Below, piece by piece: positions 39,375 through 49,842 of a stretch of DNA of 64,000 nucleotides. Source of the DNA: an uncultured archaeon. GTDB taxonomy: Archaea; Thermoplasmatota; Thermoplasmata; Thermoplasmatales; Thermoplasmataceae. Where the stretch lies: contig CP009479.1 in assembly GCA_000965745.1 (NCBI GenBank), forward strand, positions 1,536,001 through 1,600,000, written 5' to 3'. Below the pieces are notes generated by a model, which was not told the origin of the DNA, made no database searches, and saw only the letters and a list, made by a program, of their open reading frames with translations. The position numbers and the translations under genes are program-made. Within the stretch, counting starts at the first letter, position 1. Every line of letters begins with the position of its first letter.

Positions 39375-40529
39375 ATGAGCGAGGTTCAGGGCAAGGCATC
39401 CAACGGCATGATCAGCATTGAAAGGTCAGGCAGCGAAGTAATCGCCATGGACTCTGAGGGGAGGCTTCTTTACTTCAGCAGTGGTTCCGAGACCTGGAAA
39501 CGGTCCTTGGGCAACAGGTATACACAGATCGGCTGGGAGGGTGAAAAACGGATAATCAGGAAATTGTCCGAAGAAGAAGGTGCCGGGGTTTACAGCAAAG
39601 CAATGAATTTCCTCCGGGAAGTCTCGCATGAAATAGATCAGGCAGATCTTTCCCGGGCAGTTTCATATATTCTGTCCAAGGACGAGAAATGGATGGCAGA
39701 AGACTCCAGGAAGTTTGAGGAAATCTACGGCGGGAAGTTTCCCATTATACCGCAGGATCAGAGGTTCTCAGCATATTTTCAACTGACCGCAGGCTCCACC
39801 TGGAATAACTGCACATTTGCGTCTCCTGGTGTTGAGATCTCACAGCGGGATGAGGATGACTTCATTAGCCACATAAACAGGGTCAAGGATCAGTTCGGAA
39901 AGGGTATGGAACTACGAAGGGGAGCATTCCTGGGCGATGTGTCTGCATTGAACTCTGAGCAGAAACCGCTTCTGAAGGCTATGGACATAATAAGGGAGCA
40001 GACCTCGCTTCCATTGTACACATTTGTAGAGGCGTTCTCTGTGCCAAAGAAAAAGAACATGATACATTATCAGGACATGAAAAGGCATGGGCTTTCAAGG
40101 GTTTACGTAGGAGTCCAGTCAGGGAGCGTCAGCCTGCTCAGGCACTTTGAGGCGCTCAAGAATGTATCCGAAATACTGAATCTTGTCAACAACCTCAAGA
40201 ATTCAGGAATAAGTGTTGGCCTGATTGTCCTTGCAGGCTATGGTGGATTCAAGCACTCGAACGATCATATAAACGAAACTGCTGCAATAATTTCCCAGAT
40301 GGATCTGGATGAAGGTGATATCATCTATATCTCCCCCATGGACGAGCAGGATGATCCAAGGTATGCTGCACTTGTCAAGGAGGGAACATTTGATGTAATG
40401 GACCATGAAGCAATGAAGGATCAAGCTGATATGCTTGAAAATAAGATAAAAGAGGAATTCCAAGCTTCAAACAGGATCGAGTTGAAAACACAGATCTCGA
40501 GGCACGACATAAGGGAAGGAATTTATTGA
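39375..40529 (+). CDS. Radical SAM-like protein lacking the CxxxCxxC cluster motif
   Basis: PIIPQDQ..QLTAGSTWNNCTFA, AFLGD..AL, GLSRVYVGVQSGS. Confidence 0.65.
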   Translation: MSEVQGKASNGMISIERSGSEVIAMDSEGRLLYFSSGSETWKRSLGNRYTQIGWEGEKRIIRKLSEEEGAGVYSKAMNFLREVSHEIDQADLSRAVSYILSKDEKWMAEDSRKFEEIYGGKFPIIPQDQRFSAYFQLTAGSTWNNCTFASPGVEISQRDEDDFISHINRVKDQFGKGMELRRGAFLGDVSALNSEQKPLLKAMDIIREQTSLPLYTFVEAFSVPKKKNMIHYQDMKRHGLSRVYVGVQSGSVSLLRHFEALKNVSEILNLVNNLKNSGISVGLIVLAGYGGFKHSNDHINETAAIISQMDLDEGDIIYISPMDEQDDPRYAALVKEGTFDVMDHEAMKDQADMLENKIKEEFQASNRIELKTQISRHDIREGIY

Positions 40530-40633
40530 AAGGGACTTGTTCCAGACTTTAACAAAATTGAGCGGGAAATCCCCTTCCGAAAGGGAGGGGATTAAAGCGA
40601 AATCCTTATGGTTGATAAGGAAATAGTATAACT

Positions 40634-41056
40634 ATGTCCCATGACCTCGACAGGGGGGCTCATTCGGTTTACTCCCTATATTACCACTTCATTCAGGTGG
40701 TGAAGTACCGGAGGGAAGTTTTCGTAAATGATGAGCTTGTGGATTTCCTCAAAACAAAGGTCAGGGAGATAGCGGATAGATTCAGTGTCGAGGTTGTTTC
40801 AATAGAATGCGACAGAGATCATTTCCACATGCTCTTCAAGGGAACGCCCGTTCTGAGGATCACTGAATTTGTGAATGCAGTGAAGACCATCACATCGAGG
40901 GAAATACAGAGAAGATTCCCCGAAGTGAAGAAGGTTCTGTGGAAGGGCAAAATGTGGGCGCCATCTTACTTTCTGGCGACATCGGGGCAGGTAACATTGC
41001 CTGTAATGATGAAGTATGTTGAATCGCAGGAGGCTAAGAGAACTGAAAGCGTATAG
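40634..41056 (+). CDS. tnpA: IS200-type Y1 HUH transposase
   Basis: YHFIQVVKYRR, DHFH (HUH), WAPSYF, KYVESQ. Confidence 0.95.
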   Translation: MSHDLDRGAHSVYSLYYHFIQVVKYRREVFVNDELVDFLKTKVREIADRFSVEVVSIECDRDHFHMLFKGTPVLRITEFVNAVKTITSREIQRRFPEVKKVLWKGKMWAPSYFLATSGQVTLPVMMKYVESQEAKRTESV

Positions 41057-42248
41057 GTTCAGGCTGTACCCGTCTGCGGAGCAGGAAGAAATGCTCAACG
41101 AACAGCTGAAACTCTGCAGAGATCTATACAACGCATTCCTGCTTGAGAGGAGGTACGCATACGGGGGATCAAGGAAATCCCTCACGTACAATCATCAGCA
41201 GAACGAGATACCTGAACTGAAGAATGCTTTTGAAGAATACAAAGAGATTCACTCACAGGTACTGCAGGATGTTGCCAGAAGAGTGGACAGAGCGTACCAG
41301 AACTTCTATAGAAGAATCAGAGAGAAAAAACAGGGAATCAAAAAGAAGGCCGGATTCCCAAGACTGAAAGGGAAAGGCCAGTACAAGTCTCTCACATACC
41401 CTCAGTCAGGATTCCGCCTGATGAATAACGGTCACCTGAAACTCTCAAAGATCGGAAGAGTGAGAATGTTCATGCACCGTGATATTGAGGGCGAGATCAG
41501 GACACTCAACATCTCACGTGACAGCACAGGAAAATGGTATGCTTCATTCTCCGTGAAGCAGGAGATTGTTGCCCTTCAGCCAGAGAAGACGGGCAACAGC
41601 ATCGGGATCGATGCTGGGCTGTTGCATCTTGCAACGATGAGTGACGGTAACACTGTGAAACCTCCTCAATTCCTGAAGAAGGGAGAGAAGAGGATCAAAA
41701 AGGCACAGAGGAAACTGTCACGCAGGAAGAAAGGTTCAAACAACAGACGGAAAGCAAAGATCAATCTCTCGAAGCAACATGAAAGAGTGAAAAATCAGAG
41801 AGAGGACTTTGCACACAAGCTGTCAAGCCAGATCGTGAAGAACAACGATCTGATCGCCTTCGAGGATCTGTATGTAACAGGAATGATGAAGAACCATCAT
41901 CTGGCAAAGAGCATAGCGGATGCTTCATGGAGCACCATCGTACAGTACACAACCTACAAGGCTGGGAGTGCCGGTAAGAGTGTGGTGATGGTTGATCCAG
42001 GAAACACATCTATGGAATGCTCAAATTATGGATATAAGAAGAAAGAGCTGAAACTCTCAACAAGAGTGTTCAGGTGCGATAATTGTGGCTATGAGATCGA
42101 CAGGGATCTCAATGCAGCGATCAACATCCATAACAGAGGATTGGAAAAGGTAGGGAGGGGCACTCCCGAAGTTACGCCTGTGGAGACTGGAGTCCAACTA
42201 TCCTTCCGGATGGTTCAGCCGGTCAGGGAAGCAGGAAGCCCCGTCTGA
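41016..42248 (+). CDS. tnpB: RNA-guided endonuclease TnpB
   Basis: KAYRFRLYP, RuvC motifs GIDAG, FEDL, DRDLNAA; zinc finger CSNY/CDNC. Confidence 0.95.
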   Translation: MLNRRRLRELKAYRFRLYPSAEQEEMLNEQLKLCRDLYNAFLLERRYAYGGSRKSLTYNHQQNEIPELKNAFEEYKEIHSQVLQDVARRVDRAYQNFYRRIREKKQGIKKKAGFPRLKGKGQYKSLTYPQSGFRLMNNGHLKLSKIGRVRMFMHRDIEGEIRTLNISRDSTGKWYASFSVKQEIVALQPEKTGNSIGIDAGLLHLATMSDGNTVKPPQFLKKGEKRIKKAQRKLSRRKKGSNNRRKAKINLSKQHERVKNQREDFAHKLSSQIVKNNDLIAFEDLYVTGMMKNHHLAKSIADASWSTIVQYTTYKAGSAGKSVVMVDPGNTSMECSNYGYKKKELKLSTRVFRCDNCGYEIDRDLNAAINIHNRGLEKVGRGTPEVTPVETGVQLSFRMVQPVREAGSPV

Positions 42249-42264
42249 TAGGGCGGGGAGGATG

Positions 42265-42942
42265 TCACTCTATCACGGTTCCTGAGATGCTTTTCCCTTC
42301 CATTACTTTCTCATATTCTTCCATATTGGTGCCGTCAATGACACAGACTTTCAGTTTTGACCTTTTTGCAATGTTGAGGGCGGTTATATCCATGAAAACA
42401 TTGGGGCCGGCTCCAATTGACTTGTCAACCGCGAGCTTGATAGCTTCGTCGTAGGAAAGATGATCGAATTTTCTGGCGTTTTTAACTTTCTTCGGGTCGT
42501 CACTGTAAACGCCATCGACTGAGGTTGCGTTAATCAGTGTCCTGGCGCCTATTCTCTCTGCCAGAAGCGTGGCCACAGTATCCGTCGTGTGCCCTGGCTC
42601 AGTTCCGCCCATGACAACGTGCCTGTACACCGCAACAAGTTCCGAGGCATCATTTACAGTTGTAGGTATCTTTGAGTTGACCCCTTCAAGGAATGTTGAT
42701 ACTGTGAGGGCATTCATTCTCGTAGCATTAATGCCTATCTCATCCAGTACATTGTCATTAATGTTGTACTCTTTCAATGAGGATATATAGGTTCTCGCAA
42801 GCCTCCCTCCTCCGACGACAATACCGAATTTGTCAAACTTCTCCGTATTCTTCAGCATCCTGCTGAACTTTTGTATGAACTCTAGCTCGAGGGTCTCCTT
42901 GGAGATGATCGAACCTCCGAGCGAAATTACGATAGGTTTCAT
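42265..42942 (-). CDS. pyrH: Uridylate kinase
   Basis: [32 protein letters not shown]. Confidence 0.95.
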   Translation of the reverse strand: MKPIVISLGGSIISKETLELEFIQKFSRMLKNTEKFDKFGIVVGGGRLARTYISSLKEYNINDNVLDEIGINATRMNALTVSTFLEGVNSKIPTTVNDASELVAVYRHVVMGGTEPGHTTDTVATLLAERIGARTLINATSVDGVYSDDPKKVKNARKFDHLSYDEAIKLAVDKSIGAGPNVFMDITALNIAKRSKLKVCVIDGTNMEEYEKVMEGKSISGTVIE

Positions 42943-42989
42943 TGAATTCTATCGATTAAGATTAAATACCATTATAAATTTTCTTAAAC

Positions 42990-44246
42990 GTGGCGTCAGA
43001 AGATCCCCAATTAAGAAAATACGAATTCAAAAAAGCATTACAGGAGCTTGGGAACCTCAAAGGACGGGGTACTGAGCTTATATCACTGTACATACCGCCA
43101 GACAAAATGATCTCTGACGTAGTCCAGTATTTGAGGGAGGAGTTTTCCACTTCATCCAATATAAAATCAAAGTCGACAAGGAAGAATGTTCTTTCAGCAA
43201 TAGAATCAATAATGTCCAGGCTTAGAGTCTATAAGTTTCCCCCCGAGACCGGCCTGGTGTTTTTCGTTGGACATGTTTCAACACGAGGGGACCAGACAGA
43301 GATGTACACAAAGATCATTGAGCCACCCGAGCCAATTCAAACCTTCATGTACAAGTGTGACTCTATTTTCCACCTGGAGCAGTTGCAGGATCAGTTAAAG
43401 GTAAAGGAGCTCTATGGCCTCATCGTTATTGACAGGAAGGAGGCTACCATTGGGTTTCTAAGCGGGACAAACATACAGCTTGTCGCAAACGAGCAATCTC
43501 TTGTTCCGAGCAAGCATCATCAGGGTGGGCAGTCATCCCGAAGATATGAGCGCCTAATAGAGAGTGCTGCCCATGAATTCTTCAAGAAAGCGGGAGAAAT
43601 TGCCAATAATTCTTTCATGCCTCTGATAAAGGATATCCAGGCGGTATTTGTCGGTGGCCCGGGGGCTACGAAGGAATATTTCTTCGATAAGGGTTACCTC
43701 AGGAATGAAATCAAGGATAAGGTCAAGGACCTGTTCGATCTCGGATACACAGATGAAACAGGGCTCAGGGAGCTTGTTGACAAAGCATCCGACTCAATCA
43801 AGGATATGCAGATTGCCCGAGAACGCGACCTCATGAACAAGTTCATGTCTGAGATAAAAAAACCAGACGGCGGACTTGGCATCTATGGAAGCCTGGCCGT
43901 AGAGCAGGCTCTGAGGCAGAAGGCAATCGACACCCTTCTTATTTCCGAGGGGCTGAGCAAGTCAAAATATGTGTATGGATGCTCAAGCTGTGGAAACGTC
44001 ATGGAAACGCAAAAAGAGTCTGATGGACAGCCGCAATGTGAGAAATGTGGCGCCTCAATGAGTCTGACCGATGAGTTGGATCTTGTGGAAGTATACTACC
44101 AGCTTTCGGAGGAATCAGGCGCAAGAGTTGAAATGATCTCCGAAGACAGCGAGGAAGGAAAACTCCTGAAAAAAGCATTTAGCGGCATAGCGGGAATTCT
44201 CAGGTACGTTCCGACAAATTCCCAGATCCCACAGAAAGCAGCCTGA
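42990..44246 (+). CDS. prf1: Peptide chain release factor aRF1
   Basis: [20 protein letters not shown]. Confidence 0.97.
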   Translation: MASEDPQLRKYEFKKALQELGNLKGRGTELISLYIPPDKMISDVVQYLREEFSTSSNIKSKSTRKNVLSAIESIMSRLRVYKFPPETGLVFFVGHVSTRGDQTEMYTKIIEPPEPIQTFMYKCDSIFHLEQLQDQLKVKELYGLIVIDRKEATIGFLSGTNIQLVANEQSLVPSKHHQGGQSSRRYERLIESAAHEFFKKAGEIANNSFMPLIKDIQAVFVGGPGATKEYFFDKGYLRNEIKDKVKDLFDLGYTDETGLRELVDKASDSIKDMQIARERDLMNKFMSEIKKPDGGLGIYGSLAVEQALRQKAIDTLLISEGLSKSKYVYGCSSCGNVMETQKESDGQPQCEKCGASMSLTDELDLVEVYYQLSEESGARVEMISEDSEEGKLLKKAFSGIAGILRYVPTNSQIPQKAA

Positions 44247-44258
44247 TGAAGGCCGAAC

Positions 44259-44516
44259 TTACTGTACGGACATGCTTCTGCTGTTGTCCACTACAAAAAC
44301 GTCTTTGAATGACTTCATCGACATCAGCGGGATCATATACCTTCCCTTGGAATCTTTCTGAAAACTCTGGAGCGTAACGCTGCCGGATGTTTTGACAAGA
44401 ACCGTTCTGATCTCTCCAGAATCAGTGTCTATGACAAAATTGTCAACGATGCCGATTAGCTCACCGTCGGAAGTCATGACTTCCTTTTTAACGAGATCAG
44501 AAACAAATTTCTTCAT
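44259..44516 (-). CDS. PRC-barrel domain protein
   Basis: SDLVKKEVMTSDGELIGIVDNFVIDTDSGEI. Confidence 0.85.
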   Translation of the reverse strand: MKKFVSDLVKKEVMTSDGELIGIVDNFVIDTDSGEIRTVLVKTSGSVTLQSFQKDSKGRYMIPLMSMKSFKDVFVVDNSRSMSVQ

Positions 44517-44620
44517 AGGAGTCTCACGATTGATGCCAAAACCACTTCTCTTGATATAAATCTTTAGATGAAAATTAAACGCTGCCTGTATTTGAAAATA
44601 AAAAAGAATGGTTTAAGGAT

Positions 44621-46858
44621 TTACTGGTAAAGCCCCAGTTCCTCCACGGATTTCTTTCTCTCCTTCGGGCTCTTCCCGAGGGTGTCTGCTATATTCTTGT
44701 AGAACTTCAGCACTTCATCGTCTACTGAAGCCCTTATTGATTTCATGGCTTCTATGAAGTGCCTCTCGAACACAAGCGTAGCTTCTGGATCCTCACGGTA
44801 TGCGGTCATTCCCGCCTCACGGCACAGGTTCTCGAGGTCAGCTCCCACATAACCTTCTGTTCTTTCGGCTACAGCTTCAAGGTTAACATCCTCCGCAAGC
44901 GGCATGTTCTTCGTATGGACCTTCAGGATCTGTAACCTGCTTTCCTTATCCGGGGATGGAATGTATATCAGCTTGTCGAATCTCCCGGCCCTCGTTAGCG
45001 CCGGGTCCATAATATCCGGACGGTTGGTTGCAGCAATAACCACAACTCCCTGAAGGACTTCCATGCCATCAAGGGATGTAAGGAGCTGGTTCACCATTCT
45101 TTCGGTTACGCCTGAATCGCCATAGGTTCCCCTGCGGGGGGCAATAGAATCAATTTCATCAAGAAATACGATTGTGGGCGCTACCTGCTTGGCTTTCTTG
45201 AATATCTCGCGAATTGCCTTTTCGCTTTCGCCAACCCATTTGCTGAGAACCTCAGGGCCTTTTACAGATATGAAATTTGCTTTGCTCTCATTTGCAACAG
45301 CTTTCGCCAGCAGAGTCTTGCCCACTCCCGGAGGACCGTAAAGGAGGAATCCCTTTGATGCCCTTATCCCAAGCCTCTTGAAAACATCAGGCTTGATGAG
45401 GGGCAGTTCTACAGTTTCCCTCAGCTCTCTCTTGACGTCCTCGAGCCCTCCTACATCTGCCCAAGTTATGCTTGGTACCTCGATGGTAACCTCTCTCAGG
45501 CTGCTTGGCTCAATAGTCTTTAGCGCCTCCCTGAAATCTTCTGCGGTAACCTGCATTTTTTCAAGAACTTCAGTTGGAATGGGCTTGTCAAGGTCGATCT
45601 CCGGAAGGTATCTTCTCAGGGCATTCATAGCACTCTCCCTGGCGAGCGCTGCGAGATCTGCACCTACGAAACCATATGTGTAGTTGGCAATATCCTCGAG
45701 AAATTCATTCTTCTCCTCTTCTTCCATGCCAAGGGGCATTCCTCTGGCATGGATCGAAAGGATCTCTTTCCTGCCGTATCTGTCTGGTACTCCTATGTTG
45801 ATCTCCCTGTCAAACCTTCCCGGCCTTCTCAACGCGGGATCGACGGCGTCTATCCTGTTTGATGCACCTATAACTATGACGTGTCCCCTCTCTTTGAGGC
45901 CGTCCATCAGAGTGAGAAGCTGGGCGACTACTCTCCTTTCGACTTCTCCCTGTACTTCCTCCCTCTTGGGGGCGATTGAATCAATCTCATCAATGAATAT
46001 GATTGATGGTTCCGAGTCTTCGGCTTTCATGAAGATTTCCCTGAGCTTCTGTTCACTCTGCCCGTAGTATTTGCTCATTATTTCAGGGCCATTTATTGAG
46101 AAGAAATTTGCTCCCGACTCGTTGGCAACAGCCCTGGCGATCAGGGTCTTACCTGTGCCTGGAGGGCCATGGAGAAGAACTCCCTTTGGTGGCCTTATCC
46201 CGAGCCTTTCAAACAGTTCAGGATGCTTAAGCGGAAGCTCAATAATCTCCCTGACTTTGCTTAATTGGTCAGATAAACCACCAATGTCTTCATAACTTAT
46301 CCTGGATACTTCCTCAAGAACCTCAGATGCTGGCTCTTCCCGTATCTCAATCTTTGTCTCTTCCCCCACCTCTACAGGTATTTTGCTGGGGGTGGTCTTA
46401 ATAACCTTGAACAGTAGTCCTGAATGCCCTGCCAGTGTAAGGCCCGGGACACTGATGTTATCGGCCTCGAGCATGGGCCTCCTGATGAGGGCTTTCTGCA
46501 CAAATTCATCAATGCCCTCTCCGAATTTCAACCTCTGGTCTTTTCTGATAATGGGTGCAAGAACAACCTTTTTGGCCTCTTCTGCTCTCACCTTTCTTAC
46601 TTTAACCTTATCTCCTATTGAACATCCACAGTTGTTTCTGAGAACACTATCGATTCTCACAATACCTTTGTTCTCGTCTTCGGGCCTTGCCCTATAGACT
46701 CTTCCGACGGTTTTTTTGGTTTTTTCGATCTCAACAACGTCCCCTATTTCTGCGCCAATTGCAAGCCTGGAATCTTCATCGAGACGCACTCTTGACATTC
46801 CGGGGTCAGTTGAATTAGCCTCAGAAACCCTGAGGATAATTCCGTCATTATGTTGCAT
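44621..46858 (-). CDS. vat: CDC48/VAT AAA+ ATPase
   Basis: Two AAA modules ([16 protein letters not shown]), N-domain [13 protein letters not shown] tail. Confidence 0.96.
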   Translation of the reverse strand: MQHNDGIILRVSEANSTDPGMSRVRLDEDSRLAIGAEIGDVVEIEKTKKTVGRVYRARPEDENKGIVRIDSVLRNNCGCSIGDKVKVRKVRAEEAKKVVLAPIIRKDQRLKFGEGIDEFVQKALIRRPMLEADNISVPGLTLAGHSGLLFKVIKTTPSKIPVEVGEETKIEIREEPASEVLEEVSRISYEDIGGLSDQLSKVREIIELPLKHPELFERLGIRPPKGVLLHGPPGTGKTLIARAVANESGANFFSINGPEIMSKYYGQSEQKLREIFMKAEDSEPSIIFIDEIDSIAPKREEVQGEVERRVVAQLLTLMDGLKERGHVIVIGASNRIDAVDPALRRPGRFDREINIGVPDRYGRKEILSIHARGMPLGMEEEEKNEFLEDIANYTYGFVGADLAALARESAMNALRRYLPEIDLDKPIPTEVLEKMQVTAEDFREALKTIEPSSLREVTIEVPSITWADVGGLEDVKRELRETVELPLIKPDVFKRLGIRASKGFLLYGPPGVGKTLLAKAVANESKANFISVKGPEVLSKWVGESEKAIREIFKKAKQVAPTIVFLDEIDSIAPRRGTYGDSGVTERMVNQLLTSLDGMEVLQGVVVIAATNRPDIMDPALTRAGRFDKLIYIPSPDKESRLQILKVHTKNMPLAEDVNLEAVAERTEGYVGADLENLCREAGMTAYREDPEATLVFERHFIEAMKSIRASVDDEVLKFYKNIADTLGKSPKERKKSVEELGLYQ

Positions 46859-47572
46859 GGTTCCCCTATTTCGTAATGAGTATTAAAAATTTTATTTTAT
46901 TTCACATTGCGAAGTACCTTGATATCCCGCTGTACCACAACATTTAAATCCAATATTCCGCCATCCCAACTCACACGGTAAATCTACCGAAACTGTTAAT
47001 AATTTTATTGATTGGCGTCTCACATTTCACAAAATATCAGACAGATGTCGAACGTTATTAACATGGAGAGGATTTTGTGATATGCCCGAAAAACATATCC
47101 TGCTGATTATGGAAGAGATAGACAACATATTTTGTTTCGGGCTTGTATAACAAATCTATCCCAGCTGCAACGTTCTTCTCTTGTATAGAAAGGTTGGTCT
47201 TTCGAGGCGGCACTCAAAGCGCATGCAACGGGGAACAGGAGCAATCTGCGCATCTGATCCTGCGAACGGCATTATTGCGCATGAACTGGTCATGGGAACT
47301 CTGTGATATTATGCCCCATCCCCTGGTTTACCACACGTGAAACAGAGAGGACATTGTATCAGTGGAGTAAATCCCGGGATGTGAGCGCGTCCGGTCCGTG
47401 AGGGACCAGGATTATGGCACGGTCTTGGAAGCGAAAATCGTAGTTTACAATATTATGGTCTTTGGGAATCAAATATGCCACTGGTCAATAAGAAGGTCAT
47501 ACGTACTGCGGCCTGAGGGATGAATGCACGCCGTACGTAATACTTTTAATTGACTTATTTATTCTATAGGCT

Positions 47573-48202
47573 GTGACTGATGCTTCGGAGACTCTCTGGG
47601 ATAAGGTATACTCTGAAAAGCCGCATACCTTGCACGGTTGGTACGAGCCGAGTCCAACAAGATCTATAGAGCTGATTCAGGAACTATCCGTTCCACTTGA
47701 CTCAGTTATGGCAGATGTTGGCTGCGGCCAGTCTAACTTCATTTCCGATCTCATTCAGCATGGTTTCAGGCAGATATATGCAATAGACGTGAGTTCTACA
47801 GCTATGGAAAACCTCCGAGGAGCCCTCGGAAAAGATAGCTTGGAGGTAAAATTCATTTCGGCAGATGTGTCAACCAAAAATTTCCCCTCACTTGATAAGA
47901 AAGTTGATGTCTGGCACGATCGTACTCTGCTCCACTTTTTCACCGGTGAAAAAGAAAGGAAACAGTACCGCCGGAATCTTTTGACGAATCTCAGGTCTGG
48001 TGGCTACGCCATATTCGCGGAGCATTCAAGGACCGGGCCTGAATACTGCAGCGGGCAGAAACTATTCCGTTACGAAGCGGATGATTACCGCCTGTTGCTT
48101 GGCAATGACTTTGAGCTTATCAAGGTGTTCAAGCATGATCAGCCATCGCCTTCAGGGTCTGTGAGAAACCTTACTTACGCAGTTTTCAGGAAATCATGCT
48201 GA
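47573..48202 (+). CDS. Class I SAM-dependent methyltransferase
   Basis: ADVGCG motif I, DVWHDR, GPEYCSG. Confidence 0.88.
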   Translation: MTDASETLWDKVYSEKPHTLHGWYEPSPTRSIELIQELSVPLDSVMADVGCGQSNFISDLIQHGFRQIYAIDVSSTAMENLRGALGKDSLEVKFISADVSTKNFPSLDKKVDVWHDRTLLHFFTGEKERKQYRRNLLTNLRSGGYAIFAEHSRTGPEYCSGQKLFRYEADDYRLLLGNDFELIKVFKHDQPSPSGSVRNLTYAVFRKSC

Positions 48203-48489
48203 TTTGCCTGCAGCTTGGTGGCATAGCTGGATAGATAACGTGAATATGGGGGAAGATGGAAAATGGATAAAACAAAGCGCCCAGGATGCGATGCTGATTA
48301 ACTCAAGAGACTGGCGTCTAATCCCATGGTGGTATTGAACAAGAAAGTGGGAGGGAAGCCAAGGGAGATAATGAAAATCGTCACATGCCAAATTATGATC
48401 CCTCCAGTTTTATTAAAAAGTCTTCAGTCTCGTGCTAAAAATGTGATCGAATCGAGAGCGTTTTATGCAAGGGTGACGATCTGGGTGCC

Positions 48490-49764
48490 ATGTCCGAAAT
48501 AAGATACGATCTCGCTGTCATAGGATCGGGCATAGTTGGGCTTACATCAGCATTCTATATCAAAAAGGGCAACCCGGACCTTAAAATTGTCGTGATAGAC
48601 AAGCAGCATACATTTGCCCAGGGACAGACGGGGAGAAGCGCTGCTGCTTTCAGGGATCTATTCTCTTCGGACACAAATTACAATCTGGCTGCCTCGAGCA
48701 TAGATTTCTACAGCCACATCCAGAAGGAACTCGGGTATGACATAGGAATGAGATACACCGGCTATATGTTCCTACTCACAGAAGGCAATGAAAAACTGCC
48801 TGTTCTTGAAGAGCTGAGCAAGAAAACAAGGACAAGGACATTGGGAAGGGATGAGCTGGAAAACAATGGCAACATAAAACTTGTTCCCGACAGGGATGTA
48901 TCTGAGATTATGGGGCTGAAAGAGATCGTAGGCGGCTTCATTGGCCTTAACTGCGGAATAATTGAACCCGATCTCCTGTCCAAATATTACTATGAGGAAT
49001 TAATTCATATGGGGGTCGAATTCATGTTCAACACCCCGGTCGAGAGCATATCTCTGGAACCTTTTGACAAGCTAGATTTCCCGGGTGAGCCATTCCTCTG
49101 GCAGAAGAAGACTATTGGCTCACTTAAGACGCCAAGAGGAGATATAGTCGCAGACACCTATGTTGTTGCCACCGATGTATGGAGCTCCGAGCTGCTTGAT
49201 CCCATAGGAATCGATTGCCATATAAGGCCTAAGAAGAGGCAAGTATTCCAGGTTTCGGGGGAGGAGATTGAAAAAATGCTCTTTTCTTCCAGGTTCAGCG
49301 AGTCTGAAATATTCCCATTCACAGTCCTTCCGTCAAACAGTGTATATATGAGGCCAGCACCAAGGGAAAAGTCATTCTGGGTAGGAGTAGCCGATGACAT
49401 AGGGAGGGATTTCTCCTTTCAGGACGACCCCATGGCAGAAAGGAGGTACTACGATTACAACATCATACAGGTTATTCAGTCATACATCCCTGCATTCTCT
49501 AACTCAAGGGTAACAGGAATGTGGGCGGGCTATTACTCATACAATACTATCGACATGAATCCGTATGTTTTTCAGACCCTCAATCTGATAGTTGCAACAG
49601 GGACGAGCGGAAGTGGAATACTCAAGGGAGATTCTGTGGGAAGGACTGTGGCTGCCCTATATAACCAGGAAGAATATGTCAATCTCACTAATAATCGCAA
49701 AATAAAAACATCAGATTTGGGAGTAAGCGAAAGAAATGTTGACAGGGAACGGTTTGTTCTCTGA
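48490..49764 (+). CDS. FAD-dependent oxidoreductase (sarcosine oxidase/proline dehydrogenase beta-like)
   Basis: IGSGIVG, TGRSAA, WAGYY, SGSGILKG. Confidence 0.85.
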   Translation: MSEIRYDLAVIGSGIVGLTSAFYIKKGNPDLKIVVIDKQHTFAQGQTGRSAAAFRDLFSSDTNYNLAASSIDFYSHIQKELGYDIGMRYTGYMFLLTEGNEKLPVLEELSKKTRTRTLGRDELENNGNIKLVPDRDVSEIMGLKEIVGGFIGLNCGIIEPDLLSKYYYEELIHMGVEFMFNTPVESISLEPFDKLDFPGEPFLWQKKTIGSLKTPRGDIVADTYVVATDVWSSELLDPIGIDCHIRPKKRQVFQVSGEEIEKMLFSSRFSESEIFPFTVLPSNSVYMRPAPREKSFWVGVADDIGRDFSFQDDPMAERRYYDYNIIQVIQSYIPAFSNSRVTGMWAGYYSYNTIDMNPYVFQTLNLIVATGTSGSGILKGDSVGRTVAALYNQEEYVNLTNNRKIKTSDLGVSERNVDRERFVL

Positions 49765-49842
49765 AATTTGTCCTATCGTTTATTACTTAGGATAATATCC
49801 TATTAGAAAATTATATTATTTAGGAAATTTCTCTGCAATTAA

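Larger units (their letters stand above)
40553..42268 (+). mobile_element. IS200/IS605 family element (tnpA + tnpB)
   Basis: TTTAA at 40548-40552; subterminal hairpins AATCCCCTTCC..GGGAGGGGATT and CCCCGTC..GGCGGGG; ends in TCAC. Confidence 0.9.

Noticed and set aside
47470-47505. GCCACTG..GAAGGTC as part of a cobalamin riboswitch
   Set aside because: Other conserved B12-element segments are missing
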